From: the human T2T-CHM13v2.0 reference genome, Homo sapiens
Strand: one strand, 5' to 3'
Assembly (NCBI RefSeq): GCF_009914755.1
Contig: NC_060935.1
Length of the DNA stretch: 64,000 nt
Position 1 is the stretch's first letter; each line of letters opens with the position of its first letter. The position numbers were made by a program, and so were the translations under genes. Under the pieces are notes generated by a model that was not told where the DNA came from, made no database searches, and saw nothing but the letters and a program-made list of their open reading frames with translations. This document shows positions 33,684 to 55,480 of the stretch, in pieces.

Positions 33684-34984
33684 GTGAGGTTGGTGAATTC
33701 ATGGGAGAACAGCTTGATTCGGGGAGTTAGTCCAGGAATGGTAGGAATGGCATAAGTGCATTCACACAGGATGAAGGTGGTCCTGGCTGTAGGTATTAGA
33801 TCCTAAAAGGGTGAGGAGGGCATCTATGCAATGCCAAGCCAGCATAGAGAGTCAGAGCCCAAACCCGGTGATGATCACATCCCTGAAAAAGTGTAGCCTG
33901 GAGGAAGAAATGAGAGTCAGATTGTGGCAAGGAGTGTGGATACACATGCTGGTAACATGACATGGAGTTTTGGGGCCCAACTGATGTGAAGAGAGTACCC
34001 ACATAGTCCTGACACTGGGCTGAGGGAAGGGAACTTGTCATGACCTGACATAGTGTGATGGAGCTGGACGGGGTGAGCTGCGACTCACACAGGTAGCCAA
34101 ATTATCTGGAAGTGTCGGAAACAATGTGAAGCATTACGAGGATGGGACGCCATTCTTGCAGGCTGTGATAGTGGTGGCTGATTTGAGGTTTGGGGCTCAG
34201 AGAGGAATGAGGAGGTCATGCACATTGAGGAAGGGGTGGTAGAGGTGGTAGGAGTGATGGGAGAGATAGGTTATATAAAAAGGCTTAATCAAGTATGTGA
34301 AAACACTAAGGATATAGTCAGTTGGAGATGGGAGTTACAGATCTCTAAAGGAGAACCCTAGAACGACTCCTCTCGTGTTTGAAATTGGAGGTAATGGATA
34401 GAACTAAGGATTTTTCATATGTAGATATAGAAATAAATATAAATGTGAGTACATACACTCACATACAAAATGGCAAGACGGGGGCAGGCAATGTCCAAGG
34501 TGACCCTGAAACATTTCGTTATGCTAGAAAGCAAGAAAATTCTCAAAGGATGATTCAACGTGTTGTAAAAAGAATATAGGAGCCAGCTTTAAAATGCATA
34601 ACCTGAATTTAATCATGAATAAACATTGAACAAACCCAACCCGAAGGGCGTTCTACTAAATAACTCTAATTCTCAAAGTAGCAAAGACATAAAACTCATG
34701 AAAAGACTAACGAACTATCCCAGATCAAAGTATACTGAAGAAATTTGACAAATTTGGCAAACACAACGTGTCATTATGACCCAGATGTTTTTGCTACAAA
34801 AACCAAGATTGGTGTAATTGGTAATACTTGAACATTATCTGAGGATTAAATTGGAGAAATGTGTCAATGTTAATATCCTAATTTTGAAGGTTGTATTGAG
34901 TTTCTACAGAAACTGTATTTACAGGAAATACACACTAAAGAACTGTGAAGGAAAAAATAAATACTGGAATTATAAACAAAAAAC

Positions 34985-36062
34985 TAATATGATAAAATGG
35001 GAGAATATACTTGCAAATCATGCATATGATAAGAGATTGGCATCTAAAAATATATAAGGAATGCAAACAAATCAATAGTAAGGAACAGATCACTAGATTT
35101 TTAAAATAGGTGAAGGATCTGAATAGACATTCTCAAAAGAATAATACAAATGGAAAGCAGATATATGAAAAATGCTCAAAATCACTGATCATAAGAGAAG
35201 TGCAAATTAAAATCACAATGACATATTACCTCAAACCTGTCAAATGGTTATCAAAAAGAGAAGAGATAACAAGTGTTATCAAGAATGTGGAGAAAAGGGA
35301 ACACTTGCACACTGTTGGGGGTGGAGTGTAAATTAGGACAGCCATTACGGAAAACAGTATGGAAGCTCCTCAAAACATTAAAAATCGAACTATCATATGA
35401 TCCAGCAATCCCACTACTGGATATGTATCCAAAGAAAATGACATCAGTATGTCAATGAGATATCTGCACTCCTATGTTCATTGCAGTACCGTTCACAATA
35501 CCCAAGATATGGAATAAATCTAAGTGTCTATCATTGGAAGAATGGATAAAGAAAATGTAGTATATAAACACAACGTGATACTATTCATCCTTAAAATAGA
35601 AAGAAATCCTGCCACTTGCTACAACATGAATGAACTGGGATGACATTATGTCAAGAAAAATAAGGCAGGAATAAATAGACAAATACTACATGATCTCACT
35701 TATAAGTGTAGTATAAAATAGTTGAACTCATAGGAAGAGAGAGTAAAATGGTGGTTACCAGAGGCTGGGGCAGGTGGGGTATTGGGGAGATGTAGATCAA
35801 GGAACATGAAGTTAGACAGGAGACGTAAATTTAAGAGACCTGTTGTATGTCATGGCAATGAGCTAATAAATATATTGTGTAGCTGAAAATTGCTAAGAGA
35901 GTAGATTTTAAGTGTTTTCACCACAAAAAAGGTATGTGAGATAATGTCTATGTAGAATAGCTTGATAGAGTCATTCCACAATGCATACCTATATTAAAGC
36001 ATTATATTGGACACCATAAATACATGCACACTTTACTTGTCAATTACAAAGAAAGAAAGAAA
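34985..36062 (+). mobile_element. L1MA-type 3' end
   Basis: AAATGGGAGAATATACTTGCAAATC...GATCCAGCAATCCCACTACTGG...GAAAATTGCTAAGAGAGTAGATTTTAAGTGTT, followed by an A-rich tail. Confidence 0.85.
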
Positions 36063-36761
36063 CCTCTAATATAAATTGTTACCTAAGGGTGGTAGATGGA
36101 CCCTTAAAAATAAAAATGGAAATACATCTTCTTTGATAGTAATGTTTTGATTTTTGAACCCTGTAAATATTTTAAACATAAAAAAGAGAGATCAAAATTT
36201 TTTAAAAAAATCACACTAAATGTTGGAAATTAAACAAACTGAACAAAAGAAAAATAATTATTTCAAGTGATTTGGTGCATAGAATTCTGTGTATCCTTAG
36301 TGCGGTATGTTCTAAATATAAAAAGAACTGCAAAGATACCGCAAACTTCACTCTGTAGTTTTATTGTTGGTAGAAATGTTGGTATTTTGAGTTTGAAACT
36401 ATTTCATTTATACAAACACATAAATATGTTTATATTAGGAATGAAAATTATCAATTAAAAAATAAAAATGTAAAATCAGTTTTTTAAGCTGTAATATTAA
36501 ATTTGAAAGAGAACTGTCCACATGAACTCATGATTATTTAATGTCTTGCATATATCTACTGAAAGTGTCAAGAAGAAATTAGAACCTATTATAAATAAGG
36601 ACATGTAGCACCCAGATCTTGGCTTCTAAATAGGTCTCCCCATTAAAAAAAAAAAAAAAAGAGATTGACTCCAAGTTTATGGAAGAAAATAAGATAAACC
36701 TTAAATTCATTTTTAAGGAGAAAGGAAAATTTAAGCACTGATGGATCACGTCAAAAGAGTC

Positions 36762-36995
36762 TGAGACAAGCCTGTGCAATGTGGCAAAACCCTGTCTCTA
36801 CAAAATACTACAAAAATTACCCAGGTGTGGTGGCGCTCACTTATAGTCCCAGGTATTTGGGAGGCTGAGGTGGGAGACCTCTTGAGCCAGGTTGGGGCTT
36901 ATGGGGAGGGGGCGGGGAGGGGAGTTGCAGTTAGCCAAGATCATGTCATGGCACTCTAGCCTGGGTGACAGAGCGAGACTCTGGCTCAACACAAA

Positions 36996-37045
<50 letters not shown>
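36762..37045 (+). mobile_element. 5'-truncated AluJ-like element with (CA)n tail
   Basis: GAGACAAGCCTG...CAGAGCGAGACTCTG, then a CA run at ~37000-37045; AGAGTC on both flanks. Confidence 0.85.
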
Positions 37046-37049
<4 letters not shown>

Positions 37050-37230
37050 CAGCCTGAAGGAGAGCCTTATGGCCAAAGTTGAGAAAGTCTGAGCATCAAA
37101 AAACATACTAACTATATATGATTACAGCACATTGAATATATATATATATTGGGTCTATAAAACACTTAGAAAACTTAAAGAATGTCGGCTAATAAACTTG
37201 GAAGAAGTGATTTTAAAAATCACTATTTTG

Positions 37231-37525
<295 letters not shown>

Positions 37526-38469
37526 AAAAATCATTATTTTGCAGTCCTCTCATGTATTATCTGTGAAAGTATTGTCATTAATTGTTAAATATACTATATA
37601 GTAAAAGGGTTTGTGAGCAGAGAATATTTACATGGTGCCAAAGTATCACTTCACATACCGCTTGCTAATTGCAAAGAAAACTATGTATTTTTACAATGGA
37701 AAAATCTTATGGTTATCCACCTTTTCCTGATCATCAAACTTAGCATCACTAATTGTGGAACAACTTAAGATCATATTATACAATAAGATATAAAAATATA
37801 GTACAGAGCATAACATCTGAGGTATGTTTAGACTTCTAGTTTATAGGAACTCTAGGACATAGAAGCACAAACACGGTGAGGAACAATGAAACCAATGCAG
37901 AATATAGTATACTCCTATAAGACCTATAGCCATAAAAAAAAAGTAATGAAAAATGGAGGAGGAATGCAGTTGTAGATTAAAAGAGAACATGAGCCTTGAT
38001 ATAATATTGATATTTAAAAAGTGACACAAACTATAGACTTCAGGGTAGCTGAAGATAATAGTAGTGCCACCAGTCTGTCAATATTTTCTTCCAAAACAAT
38101 ACAAAACAGCAAAAAGAGAAAAGTAACTGTATACAAAATGCATGCTTTAGCATATCTTGAAGAAAGAGAATGGTTGAAATTTCACATTAACTGTGAGTAA
38201 AGGTAGAGAAGTCGCCAAATCCCAGTTAATGATCTTTCATATTCCTGCTCTACACCCATCCTACAGCAAGGCTTTACTGTGAACGAAGTTAGACCAGAAA
38301 CAAACAAATGGAAAAACCACAGGGAAGACAAAATGAAAGCTATCAAAGGGGCCTAAGGTTGATGTAAAAGTGCTGCCCCCAAATTGAGTACATCAAAGCC
38401 TAAAAATACTCGAAAAGTGTCTGGGCAGGTCAGAACACAGAATGCAAGGAAGGGAGTTCAAAGAATGTG

Positions 38470-43000
<4,531 letters not shown>

Positions 43001-43849
43001 TTGAATTCCCAATTTAACTCACACTAGAAACTCACATCAGCGGCAAAAATGTTTTAATTCTTATCTTGATTGCCACCTGCTGGTCAGTATGGGGAAATAC
43101 AATTTTAAAAGTTCTTAAGGTTTCCAACTTGGTTGGATCCAAAGAAATGAATAGTCCCTTTAGGTGGTTTTCGGTAATTCCTAAATGAAAGTGCTTAGTT
43201 TCTTGAAGAACCTGCATCCCCCTCATGCTTCTGTGGCAAATATGGTGTCCCAGTTTGTTAATAGGAGGAAAATGGCATGGGAAAAGATGGGCCTCTGGTT
43301 TATGAAAATGGACTGTGTACAAGCTGCAGGTGCAGGCCGCCACTGTTATTTGGGCAAAATAGCCCTTGTAGGTCTGGTCACTGAGAACCTTACTGGCAGC
43401 CTATGGCAAATAAATCTGTAGTATATTCTTTTTACTTGGATAATACTTTTCGAGAAAGGCAACTATATTCCTCTTGCCAAATCTACTCTCCTTAGGTTTT
43501 GCTAGCTAAAATCTCCTGGGTTTATGCTATGTGCCTCATACATACCCTGGTCCAGTGTTCTGCTATCAGCTTCTCTAGATAGTGCCTTCACTCTTCCACA
43601 CTGCATTCAATGGCAGTTTCACAGATTCTCAGCTTAGGGTCCACTGAACACAAAAAATTGAGGGAGGCTTGAGGAGGACAACTATATATTTTTATCTGAT
43701 TGTACCCACCCACTCCTCCTTGCGTTACGCTGAGCTGACCCATATTTATGTGGAGTCCTCTGTACAACTTCTGGTTTCCTACTGGATACCCCAGCTGGAA
43801 AGCTGGGCAACTACCTCCCTGCTTTCAGTGTTCCCCTGCTTGTTGTAGA

Positions 43850-44300
43850 AAGTGCAATAAGTATGTGGGTGAAGTGCTGTATTTAGGATATGATTCTAGG
43901 GAATGAGCAAGTGAGAAAAGGAATAAAGCAAGTGTTTATCAGTGGGTTATCACTGTGGGAAACCAGAGGTATGTCCCACTGAGAAGCCCTTTGAAAGACT
44001 GTTTGAAATAAAGCTCAGAAGTTTCACACAGAAGAGAAGAGCAAGATGGGGATTTTATCTACTGCTCCCCCTCATAGATTGAGGGTTGATTCTAGGAACG
44101 ATAAGTCCTCAGCAGTCCAAGATGTCCCAACCAGCCAAGTACATTCCCATGGCTAGAAAAAAATCATTAAGGTAAAAAGATGTAAGTACATACCCAGGGT
44201 AAAATGCCATCAGTCATTATGGAAATTGTCCCCTGAAGCTACAGATAAACTTTAAGTAAGTTTGCAGCTTTGGGTGGGACACAAATGGCATGTGCTGACA
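43850..44300 (-). mobile_element. Possible old ERVL-class LTR (LTR16-like)
   Basis: TATTTAGGATATGATTCTAGGGAA...GGTTATCACTGTGGGAAAC resembles the LTR16-type antisense pattern; weak. Confidence 0.35.
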
Positions 44301-45814
44301 TCCTCATACTTTATTAGGGAACATATTCTGCTCTGGGCTGAAGCCTAGAAAGAGGAAAGGGAAAAAAATTTGTTTCTCCTACTGCTCAATAATTAAAGCA
44401 TTTATTTTTGCCTTATTCTGAACTTCAAAACCTCAGAAAACAGGAAGTATTTTTTACAACGAATTTAGCAGCAATATATGATCTAATTTAATTTATAATC
44501 TAATTTTAGAGATCTATGTCTTATCAATATGCCATTCTGCTTCTGACTTCACCTTTATTATCACTATCCTCTATCAGTACAAGCAGTGAGACATCTTTCT
44601 ACTGTGTTATACCTTGTTTCTTCCCAGTTCTACATCCAGTCTTACTTAGGATTTAAATACCAAACCAAGATTGACTTCAACTATACACTGGAAGAACTCT
44701 ATGGGTGATTTCTCTAGGCTTAGCTCTTGATTTGTTAAATGGAAGCTGAATGAATTTATTTTTTTAAAAGCCTGTGGAGATGTAAATACATTCCATAGAA
44801 TTCACCCATTTAAAGCCTTTTGGCTATGAAGAATAATGCTGATTTAAACATTCATGAACAAGGTCTTTTGTGGACATAGTTTTCATTTCTTTTGGCTATA
44901 TACCAAGGAGTGGAATTTCTGGGTCAAATGGTAAATCTATGTTTAATCATTTAAGAAACCAAATAAATGTATTAGATACCTATCCTTTTACTATATATAA
45001 TGCCTTTATTTTATGATTATTAAAGTCCTATAAACTGCATCTTGTGTCCTTGAAACTGAATATTACCTTATACTTTGTCTTTAAATTCTTTTTTGAATAA
45101 ATTTTAATTACCCTGACTAGACAAACATCTTACTCTGACTAAGTTAAATATTGCATACTTAGAAATATGGAAAAGTACACAAATAATTTTCAAAATATTG
45201 TTCTCTATATGTATGTAAATATATATATCAGTGTCTGTATGAACTTAAAAGAAGTTTAATAAGAATACACACTAACATATCAACAGTGGCTTCTACAGAG
45301 TAGGATGGAGGTACCTCCATTATTCATTTTCTGAAATTAGTTGTTGTTTCAATTTTATTACAAGAAGTATATAATAGATTCATTTTTAAAGGCTAGGTGA
45401 TACAAATATATATTGAAAATTAGCCAAAATGTTATAAAATTCAAATATTTCTCTAGAATGAACTCACATATTTAGATCACATTAGGTGAATGCCTTGAAG
45501 TGATACCTTAACTGAGTTACAATTTTAAATTTGAAAACTGAAAATATCCCAGTTAAATTTGCACTGCCTTGCTCTAAAACTATTGTTGAAATCATAGACT
45601 ATTAAGCTATTAAGCTTTTTAGTAATTTCTGTGTATGGTCCGTTCCAAAGTATTTTTAAACTAAAAATTAATGTCACAGCCTTTGTGGGGCTGCTATGGA
45701 ATCTTGGAAACATGATTTTCTCTTGGCTTTGGAAACTAGAAATCTCAAGAACCAATTCGATGGCATAACTTACCAACTCATTTCATCATCATCATTGTTG
45801 TCATAATCATCGTC

Positions 45815-46040
45815 GTCATCATCATAGCAACCATTTCCTGAACGTTTATTGTGTTGCATACACTGGTCCAGAACCTTAAGGCAGATGATCTATTTCATCT
45901 TCTGAAGAAATCTATAAGATAGGTTTAATTATTATTATTTCATGCTCAAAATCACTAAGGCACAAGATATTTAGTATTCCGCTCAAAGTTATGTAATTCA
46001 TGTCAGAGCAAGAATTTAATCCGAGTTAGTCTTACTCCAA
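45815..46040 (-). mobile_element. MIR preceded by a (CAT)n-like tract
   Basis: ATAGCAACCATTTCCTGAACGTTTATTGTGTTGC...AATCACTAAGGCACAAG...CAGAGCAAGAATTTAATCC. Confidence 0.65.
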
Positions 46041-46319
46041 CATTCATCTTATTCATTAAAGAGGACTTTTTAAGTTACAAACAACAGAACACCTCAACCA
46101 AGTTGGCTTTTAAAAAATGTACAATAAATATACATTTTATTATATATAATCTAGAAAGATAACAAGAGTGTATCTTTTACCTCACTTACAGCTCTATAAG
46201 TTCTTAAATTCTCTGCCACAATCTAGTCTGAAGTATGTTGATCTTGTAAAACACAGAACATTATATTCGTCCACTATATTGGTAACATCATGTTTATTAA
46301 ATTGTTAAGCAAAAAATAG

Positions 46320-50510
<4,191 letters not shown>

Positions 50511-50603
50511 CATATTAATAAAGTTTCTCCAGAGAGGTAGATCCAGTAGAAGGGGAGAGAGAGAGAGGAGAGAGAGGAGAGAGAGAGAGAAAGAGGAGAG
50601 AGT

Positions 50604-50660
<57 letters not shown>

Positions 50661-50714
50661 ATATATATGGGGAATTGGTTCACACAATTAGAGAGGCTGA
50701 GAAGTCTCAAGATA
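50511..50714 (-). mobile_element. MLT2-like LTR fragment containing a (GA)n microsatellite
   Basis: TTCTCCAGAGA...(GA)n...GGAATTGGTTCACACAATTAGAGAGGCTGAGAAGTCTCAAGAT. Confidence 0.75.
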
Positions 50715-51253
50715 TGTTGGCTACATCATAAACATCATATTTCATCCATACATTATCCCTGTATTTCATGTATTATTATCCCATTGATTGAAGAGGGAAA
50801 TTTAGCCAGAGAGGTAAAATCATCTACCCAGGTATTGTTGAAAATTTCAGAAACAGAATTTGGACTCAGGATGAAGTGAAACTTGTTCTTAACTACTATG
50901 CTACATTTTTCACCACATGTCCACCTACATGAATTTCTTCATTGGAGACATTTCTAAAGAAAAAAGTCTTTGACAAAGTTCTAATATTATCTTCTGCTAG
51001 AACAGGTTGTTTTAAGGGATATCATATCCTATTCCAGAAAACTTTCTTCATCTCCAGACTCAGAATGTTTGAGTCTGTTATTGCCACTCTATTTGTCAGA
51101 AATGTTTCTAAGAATATTCCTTCTAGACTTCTACTTGGGCAAAACATAAGCCTTTTTTAGAAACTCCCAGCCTAAGTTAAGTGGGATCAGGAGGAGAAAA
51201 TCTACATTATGATTATGTGCTGGGCACTATGTTAAGAACTTCACTGACAGGAA

Positions 51254-51342
51254 TTGGCTGTGTCCCCACCCATATCTCATCTTGAATTTTAACTCCCACA
51301 ATTCCCACCTGTCATGGGAGGAACCTGGTGGGAGATGATTGA
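51254..51342 (+). mobile_element. THE1B-like LTR 5' fragment (~89 bp)
   Basis: TTGGCTGTGTCCCCACCCATATCTCATCTTGAATT...GGGAGGAACCTGGTGGGAGATGATTGA, abutting HERV-W env. Confidence 0.85.
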
Positions 51343-52208
51343 GGAAGCACGTAGATTCTGAAGAGCCATTCAAACAATGATAGGCTGAAGTACCACAGAC
51401 AAAAAATATTCCTGAGGGTAGGCAGACTATTTGTGTGGGAGGAGTTACCCACCTGATGCATTGGGAGTTGGTTGTGTCTATAGTATTGCTAAATTTTACA
51501 CAGGTGAGGTTTGAGGTATGGGTTATTTCCAGATTGGAGACAAGAGGTATTACTAAAACGGAAGTGGTGCTTATTTCTGTGCTGAAGTTCAGGTACAGGG
51601 ATTGAAATGTACGGCCTGAAGTGCAGGGGGAGGTACATCCAACAGTTAGTAGGGATTTAGGCCAAGACCTCATGGAGCCCAGTGAGGGAGTGAGGGTAGT
51701 ATTAAATAGGCTTACCAGGTGAGTATGGGTATGGAGGGTTTCATGTAGTTTTGAGAGATCTAGTCCTTTGTAGGGGTTAGGGGTGCTATGTACCACGGTC
51801 AGTTGGGAGATTACTTCCTTTACGTGTTTTTCTCTTGCCTCATCTTGAACTCCACCCCCATCAGACATACCGGTATGAGTGAAGTTAAGTCCAACAGACA
51901 GTGGCTCCAAGTCCTCAAGGACAACTAGGATTAATCATTTTCCCTGTCCAATAATGAGTATTTGCATGCATGCAAAGAGTGGCAGAGTTACAGCATTTGT
52001 GGGGCATATGGGTGTGGGCAGTGAAGGTGGGGTTTCCCTTAGATAAACTCCTATATGATGGGGCATCAATATTTCCAGGAAGCCGCATTCTCCATAGAAA
52101 CTATTGGTAAGGGGAGCTACTGGTCGTACAGCGGCATGGAGCGGGTGCAGTGAGAGTGAAAGAGGGTAAGAGAACAGTAAAGAGAAAAATATGATAAGGG
52201 AGGGCCAT
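51341..52208 (-). pseudogene. HERV-W env SU fragment
   Basis: ATGGCCCTCCCTTATCATATT start; early TAG (PYQ*FLW); SDGGGVQD receptor-binding motif; frameshifts; truncated at CLNGSSESTCFL. Confidence 0.9.
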
Positions 52209-52239
52209 GGGGTTTTACGATTTTAGTTACTTTCCTCAC

Positions 52240-53860
52240 AGTTCTCTGACAGCCACAAGTCTCCTTTAGCAGTGAATATGCCATTCACATCATGAGATGT
52301 CCACACAGTAAGATCTCTTCCCTGTATTATTTTAACTGCTTCAGATACTAAGACTGCTACTGCCACCACTACCTGTAGACAAAGAGGCCAACCCTTTGCC
52401 ACTACATCAATTTCCTTACTTAGGTATGCCACTGATTGCAAGCTCATCCCTCGGATCTGTGTAAGGACTCCTAGAGCTATTCCTGTTTTTTCTGTGACAT
52501 ATAAAGAAAAGTCTTGTCCTGTTGGCAAGCTTAACACTGGGGCTTGGGTTACGGCCTTCTTTAGGGCCTGGAAAGCCACTTCTGCTTCAGGTGTCCATTT
52601 TACTAAATGAGTATTGGCTTTCTGAGTTTCCTTAATTAGTGTGTATAATGGTCTGGCTATTTCATCGTACCTGGGAATCCATATTCGGCAGAAACCTGTT
52701 ATGCCAAGGAATCTTCTTAGTTGCTTTAGGGTTTTGGGATGAGGATAAGCCAGTATAGGCTAGATATGTTCCTCACTGAGGGCCCTGGTGCCTTTGGATA
52801 ATTTTAGCCCTAAGTATTTAACCTGCTGTGAGCAGAGCTGAGCCTTTGGTTTGGAAACCTTGTAGCCACAGGTAGCAAGGAAATTTAAGAGCACTTGGGT
52901 GGCTGGATGGCACAAGGTTTCTGAATTGGCAGCTAAAAGTAAATCATCCACGTACCGATGGACAAAAGTGTCCAGGTATGAGAATTGACTCAAGTCTTGG
53001 GCTAATGCCTGGCCAAATAGATGGGGGCTATCCCTGAACCCTTGGGGTAAAACAGTCCAGGTGAGTTCAGACATTGGGTTCGAAGGATCTTCAAAGGAAA
53101 ACAAGAATTGAGAGTCAGGATGTACAGGGATGCAGAAAAAGTCATCCTTAAGGTCCAGGACTGTAAACCACTCTGCTTCCTCTGGTATTTGGGAAAGCAG
53201 AGTATAAGGGTTAGGTACAGCTGAGTATAGAGGGACAATGGCCTCATTGATAATCCTGAGATCTTGCACTAACCTCCACTCTCCATTGGGTCTCTGTACT
53301 CCTAAAATTGGAGTATTGCAGGGGCTACTGCATGGTTTTACTAGGCCTTGGATTTTAGGTCCTTAGCAATCTTTTGGAGTCCTTGTTGGGCCTCGGGTCT
53401 AAGGGGGTACTGCCTTTGGTAGGGAAAGGAGGTGAAATCCTTTAGTTTAACTTGAACAGGACGGGCATTCTTTGCTCATCCATATTGTCCTTCTGTTGCC
53501 CAGACTTCAGGATTAATTCCTTCCTCAAGCAGGGGACAACAAACTGGTGTTCCTTCTCCTATGTTCAGGTGTATAATGGCCCCTGCTTTTGCTAGAATGT
53601 CTCTCCCTAACAAGCGAATGGGGCTTTCAGGCATAATTAGAAAAGCATGTGAGAAGAGTAAAGCTCCCCAGTCACAAATTAGTGGCTAGGAGCAGTATCT
53701 AGTGACTGGCTGTCCTAGGACCCCTCGGATAGTGACAGATCTGGAGGACAGTCATCTGGGACAGGAGAGTAAGACTGAGAAGGCCGCACCAGTGTCCAGG
53801 AGACAGTTAACCTCCTGGCCCTCAATGGTCAAGCACACCCGGGGCTCTGTGAGGGTCACA
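52240..53860 (-). pseudogene. HERV-W pro-pol fragment (protease, RT, connection)
   Basis: LLDTGAAFSV near 53790; QDLRIINEA...LPQGFRDSP...YVDDLLL; stop at 52760; RNase H and integrase absent. Confidence 0.9.
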
Positions 53861-53899
53861 GCATGGGCTGGCGCTTGCCCCTGGTACCCTCAGTACCTT

Positions 53900-54647
53900 G
53901 CTGCTGGATCATCTGGTTGGTGGCTTCTGACTCAGAGGGCCTTCTTCCCCTGGGGCAGTTGGCCTTCCAGTGATTCCCTTGACATAAGGGGCATGGATGA
54001 GGGGGCAGCTTATTTCTACTTGGACAATCTTTTTAAAAGTGTCCTTGTAGAATACACTGGAAGCAAGCCCTATTAGGCATTTGATTTGCTCAGCTTTTCC
54101 CTGTTTCAGAGCCTCCAAAGTCCGCTTGCCTGAGGGCCATGACTAAAGCGGTGGGCTTTTTTTTTTTTTTTAATCCCGTTTGTCCCATTCCACCTGCTCC
54201 TCCTGATTTCTATTATAAAAAACCGAGGTTGCCAAGTTCAATAGGGTTTCTAATTTTTGCTCGGGGCCTAAGGTGGACTTTTGAAGTTTTTTCCTAGTGT
54301 CTGCAGCTGACTGAGTGATAAACTTATCCTTTAAGATTAGTTGGCCTTCAATAGAGTCAGGTGACAGGGAGGTATGCTTCTTCAATGCCTCCCTTAGTCT
54401 CTCCAGAAAGGCGGTAGGATTTTCTTCCTTTCCCTGTGTTATAGTGGACATCATTGAATAATTCATAGGCTTCTTCCTAGTTTTCCTTAGTCCTTCTAGC
54501 ATGCAAGTTAGCAAATGTCTGTGGCACCAATCTCCATGTTCTGATTCTGTGTCCCAGTGAGGGTCTACACTGCTGGCCTGTGGGGAATCGTTCTTTCCTC
54601 TTTGTCATCCTATCATTGACCTGACTGAGATACCAGAGATCACCAAA
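53900..54647 (-). pseudogene. HERV-W gag C-terminal fragment (CA/NC)
   Basis: ITQGKEENPTAFLERLREAL major homology region; frameshifted CCHC knuckle near 54030-54070. Confidence 0.88.
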
Positions 54648-55480
54648 CTCTCTCTCTCTCTCTCCCCCCACCTCTCTCTCTCCCTCCTGCCTCTGTCTCC
54701 CCTGCCTCTCTCTCTCTCTGTCTCCCCCTGCCTCTCTCCCCCTGCCTCTCTCTCTCCCCGTGCCTCTCTCTCTCTCTCTCTCCCCTGTGCCTCTCTCTCT
54801 CCCCTGCCTGTCTCTCCCCCCGTGCCTCTCTCTCTCTCTCTCTCCCCTGTGCCTCTCTCTCTCCCCTGCCTGTCTCTCCCCCCACCTCTCTCTCTCCCCG
54901 TGCCACTCTCTCTCCCCTGCCCGTCTCTCCCCCCGCCTCTCTCTCTCTCCCCTGTGCTTCTCTCTCTCCCCCGCATCTCTTTCTCCCCCATCTCTCTCTT
55001 TCTCCCCCGTCTCTCTCTTTCTCCCCCGTCTCTCTCTCTCCCCTCCGCCTCTCTCTCTCCCCCCTCCGCCTCTCTCTCTCCCCCCTCCTCTCTCTCTTCC
55101 CCCGCCTCTCTCTCTCTCTTCCCCCGCCTCTCTCTCTCCCTTCCCCCGCCTCTCTCTCTCCCTTCCCCCGCCTCTCTCTCTCCCTTCCCCCACCTCTCTC
55201 TCTCCCTTCCCCCACCTCTCTCTCTCCCTCCCCCGCCTCTCTCTCCCCTGTGCCTCTCTCTCTCCCCCTGCCTCTGTCTCTCTCCTGCCTCTCTCTCCCC
55301 CCGCCTGTCTCTCCCCTGTGCCTCTCTCTCTCCCCTGCCTCTCTCTCTCTCCCCTGCCTCTGTCTCTCCCCCACCTCTGTCTCTCTCCCCATCTCTCTCT
55401 CCCCCATCTCTCTTTCTCTTCCCTGTCTCTCTCTCTCTCCCCCATCTCTCTCTCCCGTCTCTCTCCCTCTCTCCTCTCTC
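54648..55480. repeat. CT-rich (AG-rich on the proviral strand) minisatellite, ~830 bp
   Basis: Reiterated CCCCTGCCTCTCTCTCT / CCCCCGCCTCTCTCTCT / CCCCTGTGCCTCTC variants. Confidence 0.95.

Noticed and set aside
51227-51910. 227-aa ORF resembling syncytin-1 SU
   Set aside because: Starts at TTG, lacks the signal peptide, drifts in and out of the env frame, has no furin site or TM and ends in antisense THE1; not a domesticated env.
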